Positions 12,801 to 23,682 of a stretch of 64,000 bases of DNA are shown piece after piece. The stretch covers positions 179,087-243,086 of the forward strand of contig RQSC01000757.1 in the NCBI GenBank assembly GCA_013416795.1. The letters run 5' to 3'. A program made the translations under genes and the position numbers. The notes beneath the pieces are model-generated. The model was not told where the DNA came from, searched no databases, and saw only the letters and a list, made by a program, of their open reading frames with translations. This DNA comes from Prasinococcaceae sp. CCMP 1430 (taxonomy: Eukaryota > Plantae > Prasinodermophyta). Position 1 is the first letter of the stretch; the number at the start of each line of letters is the position of its first letter.

Positions 12801-15800
12801 ACCTTGCGGAAGCGCGCCTGCTCGTTGGGCAGCGCGCCGCGCCCGAAGATCGGCTGCAGGTAGACCCAGCGTCGCTGCACGCCGTTGAGCTGCGCGAGAG
12901 CATCGGCGAGCGTCGCCAGGCGCCGCCCCCACACGTCCGCCTCGTCCTTGAAGGCCGCAAAGAAGGGCGAGTCCTTGAGCGAGCCCAGAAGCGACTGGTT
13001 GTCGCCAACCTCGGTGAGAAGCTCTTTCCACTCCTTGATGAGCACCGTGCGTCGCACGGGCGCCGTGGCGGTCTCGTGCGGCACCACGGCGAATTGGCGC
13101 TCGAAGCCCCACACCTGCAGCTGCTCGAGCGCCTCGCGCAGCACGGTCTCGCCCTGCGCCTGCGCGTGCAGGTGCTTGAGCTGCTCAACATTGGCGAGCA
13201 GGCGCTGCGCCTTGCCCACGAAGGTGCCCAGGGTGAGCTCATCGACCTTGGTGCTCGTGGGCAGGCCGAGCAGGCTGAACATCTGGGCCCAGTGCGTGGG
13301 CTGGTAGCCGTCACCGCGCACGTACGTGAGCGCCGGCACGGCCTTACGGTAGCCCTCGATTTCGCGCATGAGCATGAGCGCCACGGCGTCCTTGCCCGCC
13401 CCGCCGCGGTCCTTGACGCGCGTCGCCCACCGGGTGAGGAAGTCCTCGAAGTCAAAGAGGCGCGCGCGCACGGAGAACCAGTCCTTGCCCATCTGCTCAC
13501 GCTTTGCCACGTCGAACTCGCCGTACACGGACCACGCCTCCTTCGTGGTCTCGATGTCCTCCTTGCACTCAGCGAGCGTCGTGAAGTCGGGCGGGTCGAG
13601 ATCGAACGCGGCGCAGTTGGACGACAGCCGCGCGGCATCCTCGCCGAGATCCACGAGCGCGGCCGCGTAGTCGTCGATCTTGGAGAGCGTCACCGACGCG
13701 TCGCCCTCGGGCACGCCCTGCGGCTTCAGCTGCAGCCAGCGCTCGCGGAAGGACTCGCACCGCAGCGCGAACTCGCGCAGCTCGCGCTCGATCCGCGACT
13801 TGAGCTGGTCCTTTTGCTCCTCGAGCCGCGCGCCATGCTGCTCGAGCTGCTGGAGGAAGCTGTCCCAGTCGTTGCTCAGGCCGCTCAAGTCGACGAGGTG
13901 CACGCTGGCCCCCTTGCCGCCGCCGCCGGCGTAATGGCGCAGCAGCTTGTTCTTTTCCTCGCAGCGGCGCTTGAGCGTGCCCATCGTGGGGATGTTCTGC
14001 ACGAGCGCCTGCGCCTCGGCGCGCGCCTCGCCGATCTCCTCGAGGCTGGCGGCGTTCGCCTCGAGCATCTGGCGCCCCTTGCGCATCCACTCGTCGATCT
14101 GCTCCTTGTCGGCCTGCGCCTTGCGGCGCAGCGAGCCCAGGAGCGCTTCGTGGACCCCCTTGATCTGCTCGTCGATGGCCGACTTGACGGGCGCCAGGGA
14201 GACCAGGTAGCAGTCCACCTTGAGGCTCGCGGGCACGCGCTCGCTCGCGCGCTGGCGCTCGCGCAGCGACTTGAAGTTGGCGTCGTACTCCTGCACGGTG
14301 TCCACGTGCTCGTCGACGAAGGCCTCCATGTCTTCGACGGTGCCCAGCGCCACCCAGTCCTGCAGGCGCTTGAGCTCGTCCTGCAGGCGCATGAAGAGCG
14401 TCTCCGAGCGCTCGTGCACGCGGGCGATGGCAGCGCCGTAGCCCTCGGTCATGCGCCGGAAGAAGGTCGCCTCCGAGACGCCCCTGAAGGAGCCGGGGAT
14501 GCCCAGGAACTGCTTGACGGACTTGTAGTGCGCCGCGCGCATCTGCTCGAGCGGCGGGTCGAACTGCAGGCGGCGGTGCTTGAAGACCATGCGCACCTCT
14601 GTCTGCGGCATGTGCTCGTTGAGGCACTCGAGGCCCACCTGGTACTGGTACTGCAAGACCTTGAACAGCTGGTAGTCCCAGTGCATGCGCCACTCGCGCG
14701 TGTCGTTTGGGTTCAGCCCCATGCTGCGCTCGATCTTGTCGAAGGACAGGCGCAGGTCCTTGATGCCCTCCTTCCAGCGGTCGCGGGCGCGCACGAGGTC
14801 GACCGACATGAGCGCGGCCACCTTGTCGCGCACGCGCGCGTGGTGCGCGCGCAGGCGGCGGTTCTTCGACGTGAGATTTGAGCAGGCCGCCTGCAGGCGC
14901 CCCACGTAGCCCTCGAGCTCGCTGACGTTGCTCCAGGTGAGCGGGGCGCCCATGGCCGTGCGCCCGTTCTTGATGACTTCCTCGAAGCGCAGCGCGTCCT
15001 CGAGCATGAGGCCCTTCTGACACTGGAGCATCTCGTGCTGGATGTTGTTGTAGAAGTTGGCGACCTGCTTGAGCACCATCGCGTGGCGGTAGAAGCGCGC
15101 GGCGGTTTCCGCCGCCCGCGCGAGGTCGGGCGGCACGGCGAAGCCCAGCGCGCTCAGCTGGCGCACCTCGCGCAGCAGCGTCACCAGCTGGGGCTTGTAG
15201 TGCACCTCTACGTGGCCGTCGACCATGTCGAGCGCCATGATCTTGCCGCTCGTCTCCAGCGAGAAGTCCTCGAGCGTCGCCTGCGTGTCCGCCTTCCACT
15301 CTTCGAAGTCGCGCTGCGAGCTCTCGCGCAGCTCGCGCGCGAGATCCTGCGCCATCAGTCCGAAGTCGGTCGGCGCGCGCTCGCCGCCGCCCCCCAGCAG
15401 AGCCTCGAAGGTCTGCTCCGCCTCGGCCACCTTGGCGCGGCACTGCGCGCTCCACGCGAGCCGGGCCACGCTCGCGGGCGCCAGCCGCCGCCCGCCGCCG
15501 CCGCCGCCGGCCTGGGCGTCCATGTCCGAGCGGATGTTGCTCAGGTGCGACAGCGCGAGCCGCTGCAGCGTCTCCCGCTCCGGCCCGAGCGACGCCGCCA
15601 CGCCGGGCCGGGCCATGAGCCCGCCCAGCCGTCGGAGCTCGCGGAAGACCTGCTGCGGCTGGGCGGCCGCCGCCGCGCCCCTGTCGCCGTGGGCGCCGAC
15701 GGCGGCCGACAGGCTCGGGATGACGACGGACGCGAGATGCTCTCGCAGGCGCTCCCCCACGCGCGCCTCGGCGGGCGCCGCGCCCGCCTCGTACTCCGCG

Positions 15801-16966
15801 CAGGCCGTCGCCCAGGTCGCGTCGGACAGTCCGCCCACGCGCAGGGGCTCGCAGTACCCGCTCGCGAAGGGCGCGAACGCATCGTCCAGGCGCAGCACGC
15901 GGACGTCCTCGGGCCCCAGCAGGCGGCGCATCTCGTGGTGGGCGTCGAGCATCTGCAGGATGGCCTCGCAGCGGCCGCCGAAGGCGCCCACCGCGGACAC
16001 GTCGTACGCGGCGCCCTCCCAGGGGTGCGCTTTGGTCTGCAGCCAGATGCCCTGCGTGAGGTCGCTGACGGCCCTCTCCCAGCGCGCGCTCAGGCGCATC
16101 GCGAAGCGCAGCTCGGAGTCGACGCGCGCGCGGTTCGCGCGGGGAGGCCACACGCCGCCGGCGAGCTTGCCGCGCGTGTACGCGGCGAAGGCCTCGCCGA
16201 CGCAGCCCAGCAGGTGCGCCATGCGCCGCTGCGGGTACGCCTGCTCGCCGAGCCCCCACAGCGCGTCCAGCGCGTCGCGCGTGGCCTCGAGGAGCTCCAA
16301 GACCCCCTCGTGATCGAGCGCGCCCAGGTCGCCGAACTCCGCCCTGATGGGGTCGAACTCGCGGCACACCTCGCCGGCGGCGTCCCTCACGTGCGGCGCC
16401 GAGCGCGCCGAGCCGGCCAGGTCCTCCCAGAAGGACATCTCGTCGGAGGGCGTGGCGATGCCCGCCAGCGGCGCGGTGGCGGGGTCCGCGCGCTTCGACG
16501 AGCCGCCGCCGCGGCGCACGGCCGCGCCCAGCCCCGCCTCGACCTCGCGCACCAGCGCGCTCAGGTCGCCGTCCGCGGCCGCGCCGGCGGCGCCCTCCCG
16601 TTCGGCGTCCGCGCCGCGCTTGCCGCCGCGCGCGCCCACCAGCGGCGCGTAGACGCTCTTCACGCTGCGGTAGAACGCCGCCAGCAGCTGCGACGACGCG
16701 AACGAGCTCACCACCAGCTTGTGCGGCAGGTCGTTCAGCGAGAGCGCGCCCGGCGTCGCCTTGGAGAGGACGATGTGGTACGCGCCGCTGTCGTCGCCCG
16801 CGCTCACGTCGTTGGACAGCGCGATCGGCGCGCAGGCGTCGCCCGCGGCGTCGCCCGCGACGGTCGCCCTGAGCGTGGCCACCGCAGGGTCGTCAAGGAA
16901 GGCCGCGAGCGCCCCCGAGTCGTCGGCGCGCACGCGCACCGCCGCGCGCGCCCTCTCCGGCGCGTC
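3846..16966 (-). CDS. DYNC2H1: cytoplasmic dynein-2 heavy chain (retrograde IFT motor, DHC1b); intron 10526..10716; N-terminus lost in N gap; one in-frame TAG at 7257..7259
   Basis: P-loops GPAGTGKTE (AAA1), GPSGCGKT (AAA2), GPDGAGKS (AAA3), GPSGVGRR (AAA4, dynein-2 type), stalk, AAA5/6 and C-terminus all present. Splicing C|GTACGT...AATAG|TC restores DDNKLMTLPNGERIQF. ORFs 7257..10439 and 3846..7232 are in one frame, separated only by the TAG. Confidence 0.93.
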
Positions 16967-17014
16967 NNNNNNNNNNNNNNNNNNNNNNNNNNNNNNNNNN
17001 NNNNNNNNNNNNNN
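16967..17014. other. assembly gap (48 N)
   Basis: Run of N. The dynein ORF is open up to the gap and its start is not visible on the other side, so the true gap may be longer. Confidence 0.98.
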
Positions 17015-17714
17015 GCGCGATGTGGCACTTCGGAAGCATCAAGGACAACAGCGCAGGCATCGCTGAATTCTTTGACAAGCGGTGGTGACTGGCGGCGGCT
17101 GCAGCAGACGACTGTTCGGGGGAAAACGGGCGGGGGGCGGGACAGGCCGTCATCTCAGCACGGACGGACAGTGCGACGTCTGCGCCGGCCGGCTGGTGCG
17201 CCGCTCGGTGCACCACACATCTGGTGCCCCTCCATCGCTCGCCTGCCCATTCTGCCGTGGCGATCTGGAAATCGGGCGACACATGTTCGCTTTTCTCGCG
17301 AGAGAAAACGCGAGAGAAAACGCGCGAGAGCGCGTGCGCGCGCCCGCCACAGCGCGCGCGGGCCGCGGCAATTGCGCTGCCACCCGCCGTGCGCGAGCGC
17401 CGCGTGTGGCGCACGCGCGCACGACAACCCCCAGCGACCACCCACCCACCCACACAAGCACGTGCACGCACACGCTCGCCTCGCAGCGCGTCGAGCGCGC
17501 GCGCCGGCCGCCAGCCGCCAGCCGCCGGCCGCGAAGTTTTCTACGGAAGTTAATTTAGACACGTCTTAATTCCGCGAAGTCTGCACCATGGGTTATGATA
17601 TATAATCTGTTTGCGGCCTGGCAGGGGTGAATTCGCGGGCGGGAAACTTCAACGCAGCCCGCGGCGGCTGGCGCGCGGCTGGCGGGCTGCGTGTCTCACG
17701 CGAGTGCGTGCGTG

Positions 17715-17715
<1 letters not shown>

Positions 17716-17767
<52 letters not shown>

Positions 17768-17780
17768 GCGCGCGCGCGCG

Positions 17781-17836
<56 letters not shown>
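17716..17836. repeat. compound (CA)n-(CG)n-(CA)n microsatellite
   Basis: Alternating purine-pyrimidine tract seen directly. Confidence 0.95.
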
Positions 17837-17843
<7 letters not shown>

Positions 17844-17884
17844 GGTGAGGGAGGGGCGGCCGCGCGCGCGGGAGTGCCAGCCGC

Positions 17885-17953
17885 CTTGCCGGTGGACGCG
17901 TCCCACACGCGCGCCGTCCCGTCGAAGCTCGCCGACGCCAGGCGCAAGCCGTC
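17885..17953 (-). pseudogene. isolated 23-codon WD40 repeat fragment ([23 protein letters not shown]) flanked by 13-bp direct repeats
   Basis: Translation matches the WD40 consensus (ASASxDxTARVWD). GAGTGCCAGCCGC occurs at 17872..17884 and 17954..17966. Confidence 0.7.
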
Positions 17954-18528
17954 GAGTGCCAGCCGCGCGCAATTTGGCGCCCGCCCCCGCCCCCCTCCCC
18001 GCTTTTCCCTTTGCCGCAGCGCCCTCGCCGCTGCGGCGATCGAGGGCGGCGCGAAAAAAACTCTGCGCAGCAATCCCGGACATGGCGTTTTTGCGGCGAG
18101 GGTTTTTTGTGCGTGTGCATTCTGACGTGACGGCGGCATGCTCCCTCAGGCAAATCCGGATAAAAATCAACATCCCCGGTTAACAACGGGAAGCGCCCGC
18201 GCAGCGGCCATCGATCGCATGAAGCACAGAATTTTTCCGACCAAATTTAGATGTTTGAACTGAACTGAAGCGAATGTGTTTGTAAGTTGATGTGACACAA
18301 CGAAATTGTCCGGCGATCGCCGCGCGGCGCCCCGCCCCCTTTGCGAGGGAAACAGACCCTTGCAGCTTCCGATGTGCCGCCGCACGCGCCCAACGCAGGG
18401 ATCGCCGATAAAGTTGCCCTCCCGTGCCCTCCCCCGACTTGTGGAGGGCGAGGGGGCAGCGCGTGGGGGAAGCGCGGGGCGGGACAAGCGGCGCCACTAC
18501 GCGCGCGGCGGGCGGCCCAAGACCGGCG

Positions 18529-18647
18529 ATGGACTCCGCGCGCATCAGGTACGTGCTCGAGGGTCACAGCCATCGAGTGACCACAGTGTGCTGGAGCCCG
18601 GACGGCTTGCGCCTGGCGTCCGCCAGCACCGACACGCCGGTGCGCGT
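18529..18647 (+). pseudogene. isolated WD40 repeat fragment ([40 protein letters not shown]) running into the tandem array
   Basis: LEGH...V.WSPDG..LASAS.D WD40 consensus; shares an identical 20-mer (18601..18620) in inverted orientation with 17934..17953. Confidence 0.7.
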
Positions 18648-19347
18648 TGCGAGCGGCGCCCACGAGCATCGCCGAGTCGACCGCCCTCGCGTTCCCTCCC
18701 CCCGCTTTTGGCGGCGCGGATGGGTCGCCACGGGCCGTGAGAGCGCTGGTAACGCGCCGGCCGCGTCCGAGGCGCGGTCCATCGCGCACCATTGGGGCGC
18801 CGAAGCGCACGCGCTCTCGATGGCGATTTCATATAAAAATGCATGCGAGCGGCGCCCACGAGCATCGCCGAGTCGACCGCCCTCGCGAGGGCGCCGAAGC
18901 GCACGCGCTCTCGATGGCGAATTTAGATAAAAATGCATGCGAGCGGCGCCCATGAGCATCGCCGAGTCGACCGCCCTCGCGTTCCCTCCCCTCGCTTTTG
19001 GCGGCGCGGATGGGTCGCCACGGGCCGTGAGAGCGCTGGTAACGCGCCGGCCGCGTCCGAGGCGCGGTCCATCGCGCACCATAAGCGCACGCGCTCTCGA
19101 TGGCGATTTCATATAAAAATGCATGCGAGCGGCGCCCACGAGCATCGCCGAGTCGACCGCCCTCGCGTTCCCTCCCCTCGCTTTTGGCGGCGCGGATGGG
19201 TCGCCACGGGCCGTGAGAGCGCTGGTAACGCGCCGGCCGCGTCCGAGGCGCGGTCCATCGCGCACCATTGGGGCGCCGAAGCGCACGCGCTCTCGATGGC
19301 GATTTCATATTAAAATGCATGCGAGCGGCGCCCACGAGCATCGCCGA
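18648..19347. repeat. tandem repeat array, ~196-bp unit, about 4 copies with internal deletions
   Basis: Units start with TGCGAGCGGCGCCCA at 18648, 18844, 18938, 19124 and 19320 (lengths 196, 94, 186, 196, partial). Full units end in ATGGCGA...AAAATGCA. Confidence 0.92.
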
Positions 19348-19586
19348 TGAGGGCAAAAGCGATGTCCGGCCGAGTGGACACGCAGAGGTACTGCAGTGCC
19401 CCGACGACCCTTTAATATCCCATGGGTACATTGAGCGCCGCCGGCCGCGCAGAAATGACCCTCAGAACGATCCATCCGGTCGCTCGCGCCACCGCGGCGC
19501 GTCGTAATAACGGCGGGATCGGGGGGGACGGGGGCGGCATCGCGCGCGGGCGGGCGGGCGATTCCCGATGCGTTTTGATGGGGGTG

Positions 19587-19651
19587 NNNNNNNNNNNNNN
19601 NNNNNNNNNNNNNNNNNNNNNNNNNNNNNNNNNNNNNNNNNNNNNNNNNNN
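19587..19651. other. assembly gap (65 N)
   Basis: Run of N immediately before the partial SulP copy. Confidence 0.98.
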
Positions 19652-21169
19652 GCGGAGGTCCAGCAGCGCGCCTCCGACATTATACTCATCTCAATGCTCG
19701 CGGGTGCGGCGCAGGCGCTGGCGGGCATGCTGCGGCTCGGCATCGTCGTGAACGCGGTGTCGCTGCCCGTGCTCGCCGGGTTCGTGTTCGGCGCGACGGT
19801 CACAATCGCCACGTCGCAGCTGAGCAAGCTCCTAGGATACAGCGGCGTGCACGTGCGGCGGCCCTTCCTGCAGAACGTGTGGGACACCGCTAGCAACCTC
19901 AAGAGCACCGAACCTGCAGCGCTGGCGCTCGGGCTGGCGTGCATCGCGCTCATCCTCGCGATGAAGCACTGGAAGTCGGTGCGACCGCAATCGAGGCTCG
20001 CGGCTGCCATGGGCACGTCGCGCAACGTCGTGGCCGTCGCGCTGGGCATCGGCGTGTGCGCGCTCTTGGTCGCTCTGGGACACGACGTGCTGCCGCGCGT
20101 AGGCGACATGCCGGACGGCCTCCCTGCGCCGCGCCTCCCCGAGCTCAGCTGGGAGCGGGCGCGGCGTCTCGCGCTGCCAGCGGCGTCGGTGGCGCTCATT
20201 GGCTTCGTCGAGGACGTCGCCATTGCCAAGAGCTTTGCCCGCAAGGGCCGATACTCGATCGACCCGAGCCAGGAACTGGTGGCGCTCGGGGCGTGCAACG
20301 TGCTTGGCGGCATTTTCCACGCCATGCCCGTCACTGGCAGCTTCAGCCGCACGGCGGTGAACCATGCGAGCGGCTGCACGTCACCGCTCGCGGGCATCGC
20401 GACCTCGGTGACCGTCTTGGTTGCGATATTCGCGCTGCAGCGGGTGTTTGCGTTCATCCCGCTGTCGGCACTCGCGGCGATCATCATCAGCGCGGTTTTC
20501 ACCATGGTCGACCTGCACGAGCTGCGCGGCCTCTGGAAGGCGTCCAAGCCGGAGTTTCTCTTCGTGTTCCTGCCAACATGCGCTGCTGGCTTCGCGTTCG
20601 GCCTCCAGTATGCGATCTTTGCAGGCATTGTGTGCGCCGTGCCTGTCTACATGGCCACAGCGGGCGTGCCCAATGTGCGTCGAGCAACGGCGCAGCAGGC
20701 GGCGCGCTGCGGCGAAGGGGTCGCACTCCTGCAGCTGGCTGGCGCGGTAGCGTTTCCCTCGAGTGCGAAGCTCGAGGCGGAGGCGGAGGCACTGCGCGAC
20801 AACGGGGTCACCCACGTTGTCATGGACCTCTCCGCGGCGCCAAGAGTTGACTTCTCTGCGGCGGTGGCCGTCCATGACCTCGCCGACTCGTTGATCCAGA
20901 GGGGGGGCATGCTTTACGTGGCAGCAGCGGACAAAAGCGTGCTGAGGATGCTACGAGCAATAGGGAGGCCAGGAGGGGAGCCCGAATACTGCGAGGCCGG
21001 CGTCGAGAGCGCGCTCGAACGCGCCGCGGCGGACATGTCGGCTGCGGTGACAGACGGCGCAGAGGGCGCCAGCGATGCGCGCGGGGCAGCCCATTCGCAC
21101 GCGCAAAGCGGGGAGCGGCGCCGCAGAGCCGCCAGCAAGGACGAAACCTCACCACTCTTGCAGGTCTAG
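19652..21169 (+). CDS. SULTR: SLC26/SulP sulfate transporter, partial upstream copy (5' end in gap)
   Basis: Nearly identical to 21989..23506 (offset 2337 bp); I noticed one synonymous difference (T20224 vs C22561). Confidence 0.8.
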   Translation, partial: AEVQQRASDIILISMLAGAAQALAGMLRLGIVVNAVSLPVLAGFVFGATVTIATSQLSKLLGYSGVHVRRPFLQNVWDTASNLKSTEPAALALGLACIALILAMKHWKSVRPQSRLAAAMGTSRNVVAVALGIGVCALLVALGHDVLPRVGDMPDGLPAPRLPELSWERARRLALPAASVALIGFVEDVAIAKSFARKGRYSIDPSQELVALGACNVLGGIFHAMPVTGSFSRTAVNHASGCTSPLAGIATSVTVLVAIFALQRVFAFIPLSALAAIIISAVFTMVDLHELRGLWKASKPEFLFVFLPTCAAGFAFGLQYAIFAGIVCAVPVYMATAGVPNVRRATAQQAARCGEGVALLQLAGAVAFPSSAKLEAEAEALRDNGVTHVVMDLSAAPRVDFSAAVAVHDLADSLIQRGGMLYVAAADKSVLRMLRAIGRPGGEPEYCEAGVESALERAAADMSAAVTDGAEGASDARGAAHSHAQSGERRRRAASKDETSPLLQV

Positions 21170-21661
21170 CTGGGCCTACCTGCACATACTAATAATACGA
21201 CGCCGCCGGCCACACCCGCGGCTGCGCGCCACTTTCGAACTCCACCTCTCCCCCATCGAACGTAACGGGGCCGCGGGGGCGCCCCGTGCCTTTTTTTGTA
21301 TCAAAACGCACGCGTTTATGGGGAGATTACAAACCCTGTATTCGCGTTTCGGACGTGCATTTCGAGCTGGCGTAACCTCAATGAGGCATCGCGAGGTTGC
21401 GGTTTGTTTGAATTGGAATTGGGAGTCGGGTCGCGGGTCAATAATGCGCGAGTGCGCGCGTCAATTTCCGATGCGGGGCGCGCGCGAGGTGCGTCTTTGT
21501 GTGTAAACTGCGGAAAGGGCGTTTCGAAATCGAATCCGGGACTGGACAGCGTTCCCCGGGCGCGCGCGGGCGCGCGCGCGGGCGGCTGGGCGCGCGGAGC
21601 GCGCGCGCGCCACCCTGGCCCTCGCTCGCAGGCGCGGCCTCGCCGCCGCGACGCGGGCGAC

Positions 21662-23506
21662 ATGATCATCTACAGCAAGCAGCTCTCCGGGATGGCCTCG
21701 ATGGGCGCATGGGCGCGAGGCTGCGTCCCGCCTCTCGGCTGGCTGCCGCGGTACGCGTGGCGCGAGCGCGCGGCGCGCGACGCGGGTGCGGGCGCGATGG
21801 TTGGCGCGGTCGTCGTGCCGCAGGCGCTGGCGTACGCCAGCCTGGCGGGGCTGCCCGAGCAGTACGGGTTGTACGCCGCCTACCTCGCGCCGGCCGTTTA
21901 TGCGCTGCTCGGCACGTCCAATGAGATCACCGTGGGGCCTACGGCCATCATGTCCATCATGGTAGGCGAGTTGGGCACCGGAAGCGGCGCGGAGGTCCAG
22001 CAGCGCGCCTCCGACATTATACTCATCTCAATGCTCGCGGGTGCGGCGCAGGCGCTGGCGGGCATGCTGCGGCTCGGCATCGTCGTGAACGCGGTGTCGC
22101 TGCCCGTGCTCGCCGGGTTCGTGTTCGGCGCGACGGTCACAATCGCCACGTCGCAGCTGAGCAAGCTCCTAGGATACAGCGGCGTGCACGTGCGGCGGCC
22201 CTTCCTGCAGAACGTGTGGGACACCGCTAGCAACCTCAAGAGCACCGAACCTGCAGCGCTGGCGCTCGGGCTGGCGTGCATCGCGCTCATCCTCGCGATG
22301 AAGCACTGGAAGTCGGTGCGACCGCAATCGAGGCTCGCGGCTGCCATGGGCACGTCGCGCAACGTCGTGGCCGTCGCGCTGGGCATCGGCGTGTGCGCGC
22401 TCTTGGTCGCTCTGGGACACGACGTGCTGCCGCGCGTAGGCGACATGCCGGACGGCCTCCCTGCGCCGCGCCTCCCCGAGCTCAGCTGGGAGCGGGCGCG
22501 GCGTCTCGCGCTGCCAGCGGCGTCGGTGGCGCTCATTGGCTTCGTCGAGGACGTCGCCATCGCCAAGAGCTTTGCCCGCAAGGGCCGATACTCGATCGAC
22601 CCGAGCCAGGAACTGGTGGCGCTCGGGGCGTGCAACGTGCTTGGCGGCATTTTCCACGCCATGCCCGTCACTGGCAGCTTCAGCCGCACGGCGGTGAACC
22701 ATGCGAGCGGCTGCACGTCACCGCTCGCGGGCATCGCGACCTCGGTGACCGTCTTGGTTGCGATATTCGCGCTGCAGCGGGTGTTTGCGTTCATCCCGCT
22801 GTCGGCACTCGCGGCGATCATCATCAGCGCGGTTTTCACCATGGTCGACCTGCACGAGCTGCGCGGCCTCTGGAAGGCGTCCAAGCCGGAGTTTCTCTTC
22901 GTGTTCCTGCCAACATGCGCTGCTGGCTTCGCGTTCGGCCTCCAGTATGCGATCTTTGCAGGCATTGTGTGCGCCGTGCCTGTCTACATGGCCACAGCGG
23001 GCGTGCCCAATGTGCGTCGAGCAACGGCGCAGCAGGCGGCGCGCTGCGGCGAAGGGGTCGCACTCCTGCAGCTGGCTGGCGCGGTAGCGTTTCCCTCGAG
23101 TGCGAAGCTCGAGGCGGAGGCGGAGGCACTGCGCGACAACGGGGTCACCCACGTTGTCATGGACCTCTCCGCGGCGCCAAGAGTTGACTTCTCTGCGGCG
23201 GTGGCCGTCCATGACCTCGCCGACTCGTTGATCCAGAGGGGGGGCATGCTTTACGTGGCAGCAGCGGACAAAAGCGTGCTGAGGATGCTACGAGCAATAG
23301 GGAGGCCAGGAGGGGAGCCCGAATACTGCGAGGCCGGCGTCGAGAGCGCGCTCGAACGCGCCGCGGCGGACATGTCGGCTGCGGTGACAGACGGCGCAGA
23401 GGGCGCCAGCGATGCGCGCGGGGCAGCCCATTCGCACGCGCAAAGCGGGGAGCGGCGCCGCAGAGCCGCCAGCAAGGACGAAACCTCACCACTCTTGCAG
23501 GTCTAG
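21662..23506 (+). CDS. SULTR: SLC26/SulP sulfate/anion transporter with C-terminal STAS domain
   Basis: Motifs VVVPQALAYASLAGLPEQYGLY, TVGPTAIMS, QELVALGACN, PVTGSFSRTAVN and STAS VVMDLSAAPRVDFS; intronless ORF from ATG 21662. Confidence 0.92.
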   Translation: MIIYSKQLSGMASMGAWARGCVPPLGWLPRYAWRERAARDAGAGAMVGAVVVPQALAYASLAGLPEQYGLYAAYLAPAVYALLGTSNEITVGPTAIMSIMVGELGTGSGAEVQQRASDIILISMLAGAAQALAGMLRLGIVVNAVSLPVLAGFVFGATVTIATSQLSKLLGYSGVHVRRPFLQNVWDTASNLKSTEPAALALGLACIALILAMKHWKSVRPQSRLAAAMGTSRNVVAVALGIGVCALLVALGHDVLPRVGDMPDGLPAPRLPELSWERARRLALPAASVALIGFVEDVAIAKSFARKGRYSIDPSQELVALGACNVLGGIFHAMPVTGSFSRTAVNHASGCTSPLAGIATSVTVLVAIFALQRVFAFIPLSALAAIIISAVFTMVDLHELRGLWKASKPEFLFVFLPTCAAGFAFGLQYAIFAGIVCAVPVYMATAGVPNVRRATAQQAARCGEGVALLQLAGAVAFPSSAKLEAEAEALRDNGVTHVVMDLSAAPRVDFSAAVAVHDLADSLIQRGGMLYVAAADKSVLRMLRAIGRPGGEPEYCEAGVESALERAAADMSAAVTDGAEGASDARGAAHSHAQSGERRRRAASKDETSPLLQV

Positions 23507-23682
23507 CTGGGCCTACCTGCACATACTAATAATACGACGTGCGCCGCCCCCGCAATGGGCGACGGGGAGCGGCGCCGCAGAGCCGCCAGCAAGGACGAAA
23601 CCTCACCACTCTTGCAGGTCTAGCTGGGCCTACCTGCACATACTAATAATACGACGTGCGCCGCCCCCGCAATGGGCGACGG
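23446..23682. repeat. 117-bp direct tandem duplication of the SULTR 3' end and 3' UTR
   Basis: 23446..23562 repeated at 23563..23679, including the last codons, the stop and the TACTAATAATA motif. Confidence 0.92.

Noticed and set aside
7497-17569. Long antisense and alternate-frame ORFs over dynein (603, 784, 844 and 932 aa) and similar ones over SULTR, RPE, MPP and MYB
   Set aside because: Expected shadows of very high GC3 coding sequence; no recognisable motifs.
18648-19347. CRISPR-like array
   Set aside because: Units are ~196 bp and repeat in full without unique spacers; eukaryotic context with no cas genes.
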